Assembly: GCA_964016885.1 (NCBI GenBank)
Contig: OZ024743.1
Location: forward strand, 24,676,001 to 24,740,000
Origin: Eledone cirrhosa
Taxonomy: Eukaryota
Length of the DNA: 64,000 bases
Reading direction: 5' to 3'
Shown here: positions 49,901 through 61,900 of the stretch, one piece after another
Position numbering within the stretch: the first letter of the stretch is position 1
Layout of the letters: each line of letters starts with the position of its first letter
Program-made: the position numbers and the translations under genes
The notes under the pieces: generated by a model
The model's database searches: none
What the model was told of the DNA's origin: nothing
The model's input: only the letters and a program-made list of their open reading frames with translations

Positions 49901-52900
49901 AACCTTGTTTGCTGTAGTTAACTGTGCTGACAGTTGGTTCTGTCCCTCCTCAGTCATCCCAACCTTGTTTGCTGTAGTTAACAGTGCTGACAGTTGGTTC
50001 TGTCCCTCCTCAGTCATCTCAACCTTGTTTGCTGTAGTTAACTGTGCTGACAGTTGGTTCTGTCCCTCCTCAGTCATCCCAACCTTGTTTGCTGTAGTTA
50101 ACAGTGCTGACAGTTGGTTCTGTCCCTCCTCAGTCATCCCAACCTTGTTTGCTGTAGTTAACTGTGCTGACAGTTGGTTCTGTCCCTCCTCAGTCATCTC
50201 AATCTTGTTTGCTGTAGTTAACTGTGCTGACAGTTGGTTATGTCCCTCCTCAGTCATCTCAACCTTCTTTGCTGTAGTTAACTGTGCTGACAGTTGGTTC
50301 TGTCCCTCCTCAGTCATCTCTACCTTGTTTGCTGTAGTTAACTGTGCTGACAGTTGGTTCTGTCCCTCCTCAGTCATCCCAACCTTGTTTGCTGTAGTTA
50401 ACTGTGCTGACAGTTGGTTCTGTCCCTCCTCAGTCATCCCAACCTTGTTTGCTGTAGTTAACAGTGCGGACAGTTGGTTCTGTCCCTCATCAGTCATCCC
50501 AACCTTGTTTGCTGTAGTTAACTGTGCTGACAGTTGGTTCTGTCCCTCCTCAGTCATCCCAACCTTGTTTGCTGTAGTTAACTGTGCTGACAGTTGGTTC
50601 TGTCCCTCCTCAGTCATCCCAACCTTGTTTGCTGTAGTTAACTGTGCTGACAGTTGGTTCTGTCCCTCCTCAGTCATCCCAACCTTGTTTGCTGTAGTTA
50701 ACTGTGCTGACAGTTGGTTCTGTCCCTCCTCAGTCATCCCAACCTTGTTTGCTGTAGTTAACTGTGTTGACGGTTGGTTCTGTCCCTCCTCAGTCATCCC
50801 AACCTTGTTTGCTGTATTTAACTGTGCTGACAGTTTGTTCTGTCCCTCTTCAGCCATCCCAACCTTGTTTGCTGTATTTAACTGGGCTGACAGTTTGTTC
50901 TGTCCCTCCTCAGCCATCCCAACCTTGTTTGCTGTAGTTAATAGTGCTGACAGTTGGTTCTGTCCCTCATCAGTCATCTCAACCTTGTTTGCTGTAGTTA
51001 ACTGTGCTGACAGTTGGTTCTGTCCTTCCTCAGTCATACCAAACCTTGTTTGCTGTAGTTAACTGTGTTGACAGTTGGTTCTGTCCTTCCTCAGTCATCC
51101 CAAACCTTGTTTGCTGTAGTTAACTGTGTTGACAGTTGGTTCTGTCCCTCCTCAGTCATCTCAACCTTGTTTGCTCTAGTTAACTGTGCTGACAGTTGGT
51201 TCTGTCCCTCCTGAGTCATCCCAACCTTGTTTGCTGTAGTTAACTGTGCTGACAGTTTGTTCTGTCCCTCCTCAGCCATCCCAACCTTGTTTGCAGTAGT
51301 TAACTGGGCTGACAGTTGGTTCTGTCCCTCCTCAGTCATCCCAACCTTGTTTGCTGTAGTTAACTGTGCTGACAGTTTGTTCTGTCCCTCCTCAGCCATC
51401 CCAACCTTGTTTGCTGTAGTTAACTGGGCTGACAGTTTGTTCTGTCCCTCCTCAGCCATCCCAACCTTGTTTGCTGTAGTTAACAGTGCTGACAGTTGGT
51501 TCTGTCCTTCCTCAGTCATCCCAAACCTTGTTTGCTGTAGTTAACTGTGTTGACAGTTGGTTCTGTCCCTCCTCAGTCATCCCAACCTTGTTTGCTGTAG
51601 TTAACTGTGCTGACAGTTGGTTCTGTCCCTCCTCAGTCATCCCAACCTTGTTTGCTGTAGTTAACTGTGCTGACAGTTGGTTCTGTCCTTCCTCAGTCAT
51701 CCCAACCTTGTTTGCTGTAGTTAACTGTGCCGACAGTTGGTTCTGTCCCTCCTCAGTCATCCCAACCTTGTTTGCTGTAGTTAACTGTGCTGACAGTTGG
51801 TTCTGTCCCTCCTCAGTCATCTCAACCTTCTTTGCTGTAGTTAACTGTGCTGACAGTTGGTTCTGTCCCTCCTCATTCATCTCACCCTTGTTTGCTGTAG
51901 TTAACTGTGCTGACAGTTGGTTCTGTCCCTCCTCAGTCATCCCAACCTTGTTTGCTGTAGTTAACTGTGCTGACAGTTGGTTCTGTCCCTCCTCAGTCAT
52001 CTCAACCTTGTTTGCTGTAGTTAACTGTGCTGACAGTTGGTTCTGTCCCTCCTCAATCATCCCAACCTTGTTTGATGTAGTTAACTGTGCTGACAGTTGG
52101 TTCTGTCCCTCCTCAGTCATCCCAACCTTGTTTGCTGTAGTTAACTGTGCTGACAGTTGGTTCTGTCCCTCCTCAGTCATCCCAACCTTGTTTGCTGTAG
52201 TTAACTGTGCTGACAGTTGGTTCTGTCCCTCCTCAGTCATCTCAACCTTGTTTGCTGTAGTTAACTGTGCTGACAGTTGGTTCTGTCCCTCCTCAGTCAT
52301 CTCAACCTTGTTTGCTGTAGTTAACTGTGCTGACAGTTGGTTCTGTCCCTCCTCAGTCATCCCAACCTTGTTTGCTGTAGTTAACTGTGCTGGCAGTTGG
52401 TTCTGTCCCTCCTCAGTCATCCCAACCTTGTTTGCTGTAGTTAACAGTGCTGACAGTTGGTTCTGTCCCTCCTCAGTCATCCCAACCTTGTTTGCTGTAG
52501 TTAACAGTGCTGACAGTTGGTTCTGTCCCTCCTCAGTCATCCCAACCTTGTTTGCTGTAGTTAACTCTGCTGACAGTTGGTTCTGTCCCTCCTCAGTCAT
52601 CCCAACCTTGTTTGCTGTAGTTAACAGTGCTGACAGTTGGTTCTGTCCCTCCTCAGTCATCTCAACCTTGTTTGCTGTAGTTAACTGTGCTGACAGTTGG
52701 TTCTGTCCCTCCTCAGTCATCCCAACCTTGTTTGCTGTAGTTAACAGTGCTGACAGTTGGTTCTGTCCCTCCTCAGTCATCCCAACCTTGTTTGCTGTAG
52801 TTAACTGTGCTGACAGTTGGTTCTGTCCCTCCTCAGTCATCTCAATCTTGTTTGATGTAGTTAACTGTGCTGACAGTTGGTTATGTCCCTCCTCAGTCAT

Positions 52901-55900
52901 CTCAACCTTCTTTGCTGTAGTTAACTGTGCTGACAGTTGGTTCTGTCCCTCCTCAGTCATCTCTACCTTGTTTGCTGTAGTTAACTGTGCTGACAGTTGG
53001 TTCTGTCCCTCCTCAGTCATCCCAACCTTGTTTGCTGTAGTTAACTGTGCTGACAGTTGGTTCTGTCCCTCCTCAGTCATCCCAACCTTGTTTGCTGTAG
53101 TTAACTGTGCTGACAGTTGGTTCTGTCCCTCCTCAGTCATCCCAACCTTGTTTGCTGTAGTTAACTGTGCTGACAGTTGGTTCTGTCCCTCCTCAGTCAT
53201 CCCAACCTTGTTTGCTGTAGTTAACTGTGCTGACAGTTGGTTCTGTCCCTCCTCAGTCATCTCTACCTTGTTTGCTGTAGTTAACTGTGCTGACAGTTGG
53301 TTCTATCCCTCCTCAGTCATCCCAACCTTGTTTGCTGTAGTTAACAGTGCGGACAGTTGGTTCTGTCCCTCATCAGTCATCCCAACCTTGTTTGCTGTAG
53401 TTAACTGTGCTGACAGTTGGTTCTGTCCCTCCTCAGTCATCCCAACCTTGTTTGCTGTAGTTAACTGTGCTGACAGTTGGTTCTGTCCCTCCTCAGTCAT
53501 CCCAACCTTGTTTGCTGTAGTTAACTGTGCTGACAGTTGGTTCTGTCCCTCCTCAGTCATCCCAACCTTGTTTGCTGTAGTTAACTGTGCTGACAGTTGG
53601 TTCTGTCCCTCCTCAGTCATCCCAACCTTGTTTGCTGTAGTTAACTGTGTTGACGGTTGGTTCTGTCCCTCCTCAGTCATCCCAACCTTGTTTGCTGTAG
53701 TTAACTGTGCTGACAGTTTGTTCTGTCCCTCTTCAGCCATCCCAACCTTGTTTGCTGTATTTAACTGGGCTGACAGTTTGTTCTGTCCCTCCTCAGCCAT
53801 CCCAACCTTGTTTGCTGTAGTTAATAGTGCTGACAGTTGGTTCTGTCCCTCATCAGTCATCTCAACCTTGTTTGCTGTAGTTAACTGTGCTGACAGTTGG
53901 TTCTGTCCTTCCTCAGTCATACCAAACCTTGTTTGCTGTAGTTAACTGTGTTGACAGTTGGTTCTGTCCTTCCTCAGTCATCCCAAACCTTGTTTGCTGT
54001 AGTTAACTGTGTTGACAGTTGGTTCTGTCCCTCCTCAGTCATCTCAACCTTGTTTGCTCTAGTTAACTGTGCTGACAGTTGGTTCTGTCCCTCCTCAGTC
54101 ATCCCAACCTTGTTTGCTGTAGTTAACTGTGCTGACAGTTTGTTCTGTCCCTCCTCAGGCATCCCAACCTTGTTTGCAATAGTTAACTGGGCTGACAGTT
54201 GGTTCTGTCCCTCCTCAGTCATCCCAACCTTGTTTGCTGTAGTTAACTGTGCTGACAGTTTGTTCTGTCCCTCCTCAGCCATCCCAACCTTGTTTGCTGT
54301 AGTTAACTGGGCTGACAGTTTGTTCTGTCCCTCCTCAGCCATCCCAACCTTGTTTGCTGTAGTTAACAGTGCTGACAGTTGGTTCTGTCCTTCCTCAGTC
54401 ATCCCAAACCTTGTTTGCTGTAGTTAACTGTGTTGACAGTTGGTTCTGTCCCTCCTCAGTCATCTCAACCTTGTTTGCTGTAGTTAACAGTGCTGACAGT
54501 TGGTTCTGTCCCTCCTCAGTCATCTCAACCTTGTTTGCTGTAGTTAACTGTGCTGACAGTTGGTTCTGTCCCTCCTCAGTCATCTCAACCTTGTTTGCTG
54601 TAGTTAACGGTGCTGACAGTTGGTTCTGTCCCTCCTCAGTCATCCCAACCTTGTTTTCTGTAGTTAACTGTGCTGACATTTGGTTCTGTCCCTCATCAGT
54701 CATCCCAACCTTGTTTGCTGTAGTTAACTGTGCTGACAGTTGGTTCTGTGCCTCCTCAGTCGTCTCAACCTTGTTTGCTGTAGTTAACTGTGCTGACAGT
54801 TGGTTCTGTCCCTCCTCAGTCATCTCAACCTTGTTTGCTGTAGTTAACTGTGCTGACAGTTTGTTCTGTCCCTCCTTAGTCATCCCAACCTTGTTTGCTG
54901 TAGTTAACTGTCCTGACAGTTGGTTCTGTCCTTCCTCAGTCATCCCAACCTTTTTTGCTGTAGTTAACTGTTCTGACAGTTGGTTCTGTCCCTCCTCAGT
55001 CATCCCAACCTTGTTTGCTGTAGTTAACTGTTCTGACAGTTGTTTCTGTCCCTCCTCAGTCATCCCAACCTTGTTTGCTGTAGTTAACTCTGCTGACAGT
55101 TGGTTCTGTCACTCCTCAGTCATCCCAACCTTGTTTGCTGTAGTTAACTGTGCTGACAGTTGGTTCTGTCCCTCCTCAGTCATCCCAACCTTGTTTGCTG
55201 TAGTTAACTGTGCTGACAGTTGGTTCTGTCCTTCCTCAGTCATCGCAACCTTGTTTGCTGTAGTTAACTGTGCCGACAGTTGGTTCTGTCCCTCCTCAGT
55301 CATCCCAACCTTGTTTGCTGTAGTTAACTGTGCTGACAGTTGGTTCTGTCCCTCCTCAGTCATCCCAACCTTGTTTGCTGTAGTTAACTGTGCTGACAGT
55401 TGGTTCTGTCCCTCCTCAGTCATCCCAACCTTGTTTGCTGTAGTTAACTGTGCTGACAGTTGGTTCTGTCCCTCCTCAGTCATCCCAACCTTGTTTGCTG
55501 TAGTTAACTGTGCTGACAGTTGGTTCTGTCCCTCCTCAGTCATCTCTACCTTGTTTGCTGTAGTTAACTGTGCTGACAGTTGGTTCTATCCCTCCTCAGT
55601 CATCCCAACCTTGTTTGCTGTAGTTAACAGTGCGGACAGTTGGTTCTGTCCCTCATCAGTCATCCCAACCTTGTTTGCTGTAGTTAACTGTGCTGACAGT
55701 TGGTTCTGTCCCTCCTCAGTCATCCCAACCTTGTTTGCTGTAGTTAACTGTGCTGACAGTTGGTTCTGTCCCTCCTCAGTCATCCCAACCTTGTTTGCTG
55801 TAGTTAACTGTGCTGACAGTTGGTTCTGTCCCTCCTCAGTCATCCCAACCTTGTTTGCTGTAGTTAACTGTGCTGACAGTTGGTTCTGTCCCTCCTCAGT

Positions 55901-58900
55901 CATCCCAACCTTGTTTGCTGTAGTTAACTGTGTTGACGGTTGGTTCTGTCCCTCCTCAGTCATCCCAACCTTGTTTGCTGTAGTTAACTGTGCTGACAGT
56001 TTGTTCTGTCCCTCTTCAGCCATCCCAACCTTGTTTGCTGTATTTAACTGGGCTGACAGTTTGTTCTGTCCCTCCTCAGCCATCCCAACCTTGTTTGCTG
56101 TAGTTAATAGTGCTGACAGTTGGTTCTGTCCCTCATCAGTCATCTCAACCTTGTTTGCTGTAGTTAACTGTGCTGACAGTTGGTTCTGTCCTTCCTCAGT
56201 CATACCAAACCTTGTTTGCTGTAGTTAACTGTGTTGACAGTTGGTTCTGTCCTTCCTCAGTCATCCCAAACCTTGTTTGCTGTAGTTAACTGTGTTGACA
56301 GTTGGTTCTGTCCCTCCTCAGTCATCTCAACCTTGTTTGCTCTAGTTAACTGTGCTGACAGTTGGTTCTGTCCCTCCTCAGTCATCCCAACCTTGTTTGC
56401 TGTAGTTAACTGTGCTGACAGTTTGTTCTGTCCCTCCTCAGGCATCCCAACCTTGTTTGCAATAGTTAACTGGGCTGACAGTTGGTTCTGTCCCTCCTCA
56501 GTCATCCCAACCTTGTTTGCTGTAGTTAACTGTGCTGACAGTTTGTTCTGTCCCTCCTCAGCCATCCCAACCTTGTTTGCTGTAGTTAACTGGGCTGACA
56601 GTTTGTTCTGTCCCTCCTCAGCCATCCCAACCTTGTTTGCTGTAGTTAACAGTGCTGACAGTTGGTTCTGTCCTTCCTCAGTCATCCCAAACCTTGTTTG
56701 CTGTAGTTAACTGTGTTGACAGTTGGTTCTGTCCCTCCTCAGTCATCTCAACCTTGTTTGCTGTAGTTAACAGTGCTGACAGTTGGTTCTGTCCCTCCTC
56801 AGTCATCTCAACCTTGTTTGCTGTAGTTAACTGTGCTGACAGTTGGTTCTGTCCCTCCTCAGTCATCTCAACCTTGTTTGCTGTAGTTAACGGTGCTGAC
56901 AGTTGGTTCTGTCCCTCCTCAGTCATCCCAACCTTGTTTTCTGTAGTTAACTGTGCTGACATTTGGTTCTGTCCCTCATCAGTCATCCCAACCTTGTTTG
57001 CTGTAGTTAACTGTGCTGACAGTTGGTTCTGTGCCTCCTCAGTCGTCTCAACCTTGTTTGCTGTAGTTAACTGTGCTGACAGTTGGTTCTGTCCCTCCTC
57101 AGTCATCTCAACCTTGTTTGCTGTAGTTAACTGTGCTGACAGTTTGTTCTGTCCCTCCTTAGTCATCCCAACCTTGTTTGCTGTAGTTAACTGTCCTGAC
57201 AGTTGGTTCTGTCCTTCCTCAGTCATCCCAACCTTTTTTGCTGTAGTTAACTGTTCTGACAGTTGGTTCTGTCCCTCCTCAGTCATCCCAACCTTGTTTG
57301 CTGTAGTTAACTGTTCTGACAGTTGTTTCTGTCCCTCCTCAGTCATCCCAACCTTGTTTGCTGTAGTTAACTCTGCTGACAGTTGGTTCTGTCACTCCTC
57401 AGTCATCCCAACCTTGTTTGCTGTAGTTAACTGTGCTGACAGTTGGTTCTGTCCCTCCTCAGTCATCCCAACCTTGTTTGCTGTAGTTAACTGTGCTGAC
57501 AGTTGGTTCTGTCCTTCCTCAGTCATCGCAACCTTGTTTGCTGTAGTTAACTGTGCCGACAGTTGGTTCTGTCCCTCCTCAGTCATCCCAACCTTGTTTG
57601 CTGTAGTTAACTGTGCTGACAGTTGGTTCTGTCCCTCCTCAGTCATCTCAACCTTCTTTGCTGTAGTTAACTGTGCTGACAGTTGGTTCTGTCCCTCCTC
57701 ATTCATCTCAACCTTGTTTGCTGTAGTTAACTGTGCTGACAGTTGGTTCTGTCCCTCCTCAGTCATCCCAACCTTGTTTGCTGTAGTTAACTGTGCTGAC
57801 AGTTGGTTCTGTCCCTCCTCAGTCATCCCAACCTTGTTTGCTGTAGTTAACTGTGCTGACAGTTGGTTCTGTCCCTCCCCAGTCTTCCCAACCTTGTTTG
57901 ATGTAGTTAACTGTGCTGAAAGTTGGTTCTGTCCCCCCTCAGTCATCCCAACCTTGTTTGCTGTAGTTAACTGTGCTGACAGTTGGTTCTGTCCCTCCTC
58001 AGTCATCTCAACCTTGTTTGCTGTAGTTAACTGTGCTGACAGTTGGTTCTGTCCCTCCTCAATCATCCCAACCTTGTTTGATGTAGTTAACTGTGCTGAC
58101 AGTTGGTTCTGTCCCTCCTCAGTCATCCCAACCTTGTTTGCTGTAGTTAACTGTGCTGACAGTTGGTTCTGTCCCTCCTCAGTCATCCCAACCTTGTTTG
58201 CTGTAGTTAACTGTGCTGACAGTTGGTTCTGTCCCTCCTCAGTCATCTCAACCTTGTTTGCTGTAGTTAACTGTGCTGACAGTTGGTTCTGTCCCTCCTC
58301 AGTCATCTCAACCTTGTTTGCTGTAGTTAACTGTGCTGACAGTTGGTTCTGTCCCTCCTCAGTCATCCCAACCTTGTTTGCTGTAGTTAACTGTGCTGGC
58401 AGCTGGTTCTGTCCCTCCTCAGTCATCCCAACCTTGTTTGCTGTAGTTAACAGTGCTGACAGTTGGTTCTGTCCCTCCTCAGTCATCCCAACCTTGTTTG
58501 CTGTAGTTAACAGTGCTGACAGTTGGTTCTGTCCCTCCTCAGTCATCCCAACCTTGTTTGCTGTAGTTAACTGTGCTGACAGTTGGTTCTGTCCCTCCTC
58601 AGTCATCCCAACCTTGTTTGCTGTAGTTAACAGTGCTGACAGTTGGTTCTGTCCCTCCTCAGTCATCTCAACCTTGTTTGCTGTAGTTAACTGTGCTGAC
58701 AGTTGGTTCTGTCCCTCCTCAGTCATCCCAACCTTGTTTGCTGTAGTTAACAGTGCTGACAGTTGGTTCTGTCCCTCCTCAGTCATCCCAACCTTGTTTG
58801 CTGTAGTTAACTGTGCTGACAGTTGGTTCTGTCCCTCCTCAGTCATCTCAATCTTGTTTGCTGTAGTTAACTGTGCTGACAGTTGGTTATGTCCCTCCTC

Positions 58901-61900
58901 AGTCATCTCAACCTTCTTTGCTGTAGTTAACTGTGCTGACAGTTGGTTCTGTCCCTCCTCAGTCATCTCTACCTTGTTTGCTGTAGTTAACTGTGCTGAC
59001 AGTTGGTTCTGTCCCTCCTCAGTCATCCCAACCTTGTTTGCTGTAGTTAACTGTGCTGACAGTTGGTTCTGTCCCTCCTCAGTCATCCCAACCTTGTTTG
59101 CTGTAGTTAACAGTGCGGACAGTTGGTTCTGTCCCTCATCAGTCATCCCAACCTTGTTTGCTGTAGTTAACTGTGCTGACAGTTGGTTCTGTCCCTCCTC
59201 AGTCATCCCAACCTTGTTTGCTGTAGTTAACTGTGCTGACAGTTGGTTCTGTCCCTCCTCAGTCATCCCAACCTTGTTTGCTGTAGTTAACTGTGCTGAC
59301 AGTTGGTTCTGTCCCTCCTCAGTCATCCCAACCTTGTTTGCTGTAGTTAACTGTGCTGACAGTTGGTTCTGTCCCTCCTCAGTCATCCCAACCTTGTTTG
59401 CTGTAGTTAACTGTGTTGACGGTTGGTTCTGTCCCTCCTCAGTCATCCCAACCTTGTTTGCTGTATTTAACTGTGCTGACAGTTTGTTCTGTCCCTCTTC
59501 AGCCATCCCAACCTTGTTTGCTGTATTTAACTGGGCTGACAGTTTGTTCTGTCCCTCCTCAGCCATCCCAACCTTGTTTGCTGTAGTTAATAGTGCTGAC
59601 AGTTGGTTCTGTCCCTCATCAGTCATCTCAACCTTGTTTGCTGTAGTTAACTGTGCTGACAGTTGGTTCTGTCCTTCCTCAGTCATACCAAACCTTGTTT
59701 GCTGTAGTTAACTGTGTTGACAGTTGGTTCTGTCCTTCCTCAGTCATCCCAAACCTTGTTTGCTGTAGTTAACTGTGTTGACAGTTGGTTCTGTCCCTCC
59801 TCAGTCATCTCAACCTTGTTTGCTCTAGTTAACTGTGCTGACAGTTGGTTCTGTCCCTCCTGAGTCATCCCAACCTTGTTTGCTGTAGTTAACTGTGCTG
59901 ACAGTTTGTTCTGTCCCTCCTCAGCCATCCCAACCTTGTTTGCAGTAGTTAACTGGGCTGACAGTTGGTTCTGTCCCTCCTCAGTCATCCCAACCTTGTT
60001 TGCTGTAGTTAACTGTGCTGACAGTTTGTTCTGTCCCTCCTCAGCCATCCCAACCTTGTTTGCTGTAGTTAACTGGGCTGACAGTTTGTTCTGTCCCTCC
60101 TCAGCCATCCCAACCTTGTTTGCTGTAGTTAACAGTGCTGACAGTTGGTTCTGTCCTTCCTCAGTCATCCCAAACCTTGTTTGCTGTAGTTAACTGTGTT
60201 GACAGTTGGTTCTGTCCCTCCTCAGTCATCCCAACCTTGTTTGCTGTAGTTAACTGTGCTGACAGTTGGTTCTGTCCCTCCTCAGTCATCCCAACCTTGT
60301 TTGCTGTAGTTAACTGTGCTGACAGTTGGTTCTGTCCTTCCTCAGTCATCCCAACCTTGTTTGCTGTAGTTAACTGTGCCGACAGTTGGTTCTGTCCCTC
60401 CTCAGTCATCCCAACCTTGTTTGCTGTAGTTAACTGTGCTGACAGTTGGTTCTGTCCCTCCTCAGTCATCTCAACCTTCTTTGCTGTAGTTAACTGTGCT
60501 GACAGTTGGTTCTGTCCCTCCTCATTCATCTCACCCTTGTTTGCTGTAGTTAACTGTGCTGACAGTTGGTTCTGTCCCTCCTCAGTCATCCCAACCTTGT
60601 TTGCTGTAGTTAACTGTGCTGACAGTTGGTTCTGTCCCTCCTCAGTCATCTCAACCTTGTTTGCTGTAGTTAACTGTGCTGACAGTTGGTTCTGTCCCTC
60701 CTCAATCATCCCAACCTTGTTTGATGTAGTTAACTGTGCTGACAGTTGGTTCTGTCCCTCCTCAGTCATCCCAACCTTGTTTGCTGTAGTTAACTGTGCT
60801 GACAGTTGGTTCTGTCCCTCCTCAGTCATCCCAACCTTGTTTGCTGTAGTTAACTGTGCTGACAGTTGGTTCTGTCCCTCCTCAGTCATCTCAACCTTGT
60901 TTGCTGTAGTTAACTGTGCTGACAGTTGGTTCTGTCCCTCCTCAGTCATCTCAACCTTGTTTGCTGTAGTTAACTGTGCTGACAGTTGGTTCTGTCCCTC
61001 CTCAGTCATCCCAACCTTGTTTGCTGTAGTTAACTGTGCTGGCAGTTGGTTCTGTCCCTCCTCAGTCATCCCAACCTTGTTTGCTGTAGTTAACAGTGCT
61101 GACAGTTGGTTCTGTCCCTCCTCAGTCATCCCAACCTTGTTTGCTGTAGTTAACAGTGCTGACAGTTGGTTCTGTCCCTCCTCAGTCATCCCAACCTTGT
61201 TTGCTGTAGTTAACTCTGCTGACAGTTGGTTCTGTCCCTCCTCAGTCATCCCAACCTTGTTTGCTGTAGTTAACAGTGCTGACAGTTGGTTCTGTCCCTC
61301 CTCAGTCATCTCAACCTTGTTTGCTGTAGTTAACTGTGCTGACAGTTGGTTCTGTCCCTCCTCAGTCATCCCAACCTTGTTTGCTGTAGTTAACAGTGCT
61401 GACAGTTGGTTCTGTCCCTCCTCAGTCATCCCAACCTTGTTTGCTGTAGTTAACTGTGCTGACAGTTGGTTCTGTCCCTCCTCAGTCATCTCAATCTTGT
61501 TTGATGTAGTTAACTGTGCTGACAGTTGGTTATGTCCCTCCTCAGTCATCTCAACCTTCTTTGCTGTAGTTAACTGTGCTGACAGTTGGTTCTGTCCCTC
61601 CTCAGTCATCTCTACCTTGTTTGCTGTAGTTAACTGTGCTGACAGTTGGTTCTGTCCCTCCTCAGTCATCCCAACCTTGTTTGCTGTAGTTAACTGTGCT
61701 GACAGTTGGTTCTGTCCCTCCTCAGTCATCCCAACCTTGTTTGCTGTAGTTAACTGTGCTGACAGTTGGTTCTGTCCCTCCTCAGTCATCCCAACCTTGT
61801 TTGCTGTAGTTAACTGTGCTGACAGTTGGTTCTGTCCCTCCTCAGTCATCCCAACCTTGTTTGCTGTAGTTAACTGTGCTGACAGTTGGTTCTGTCCCTC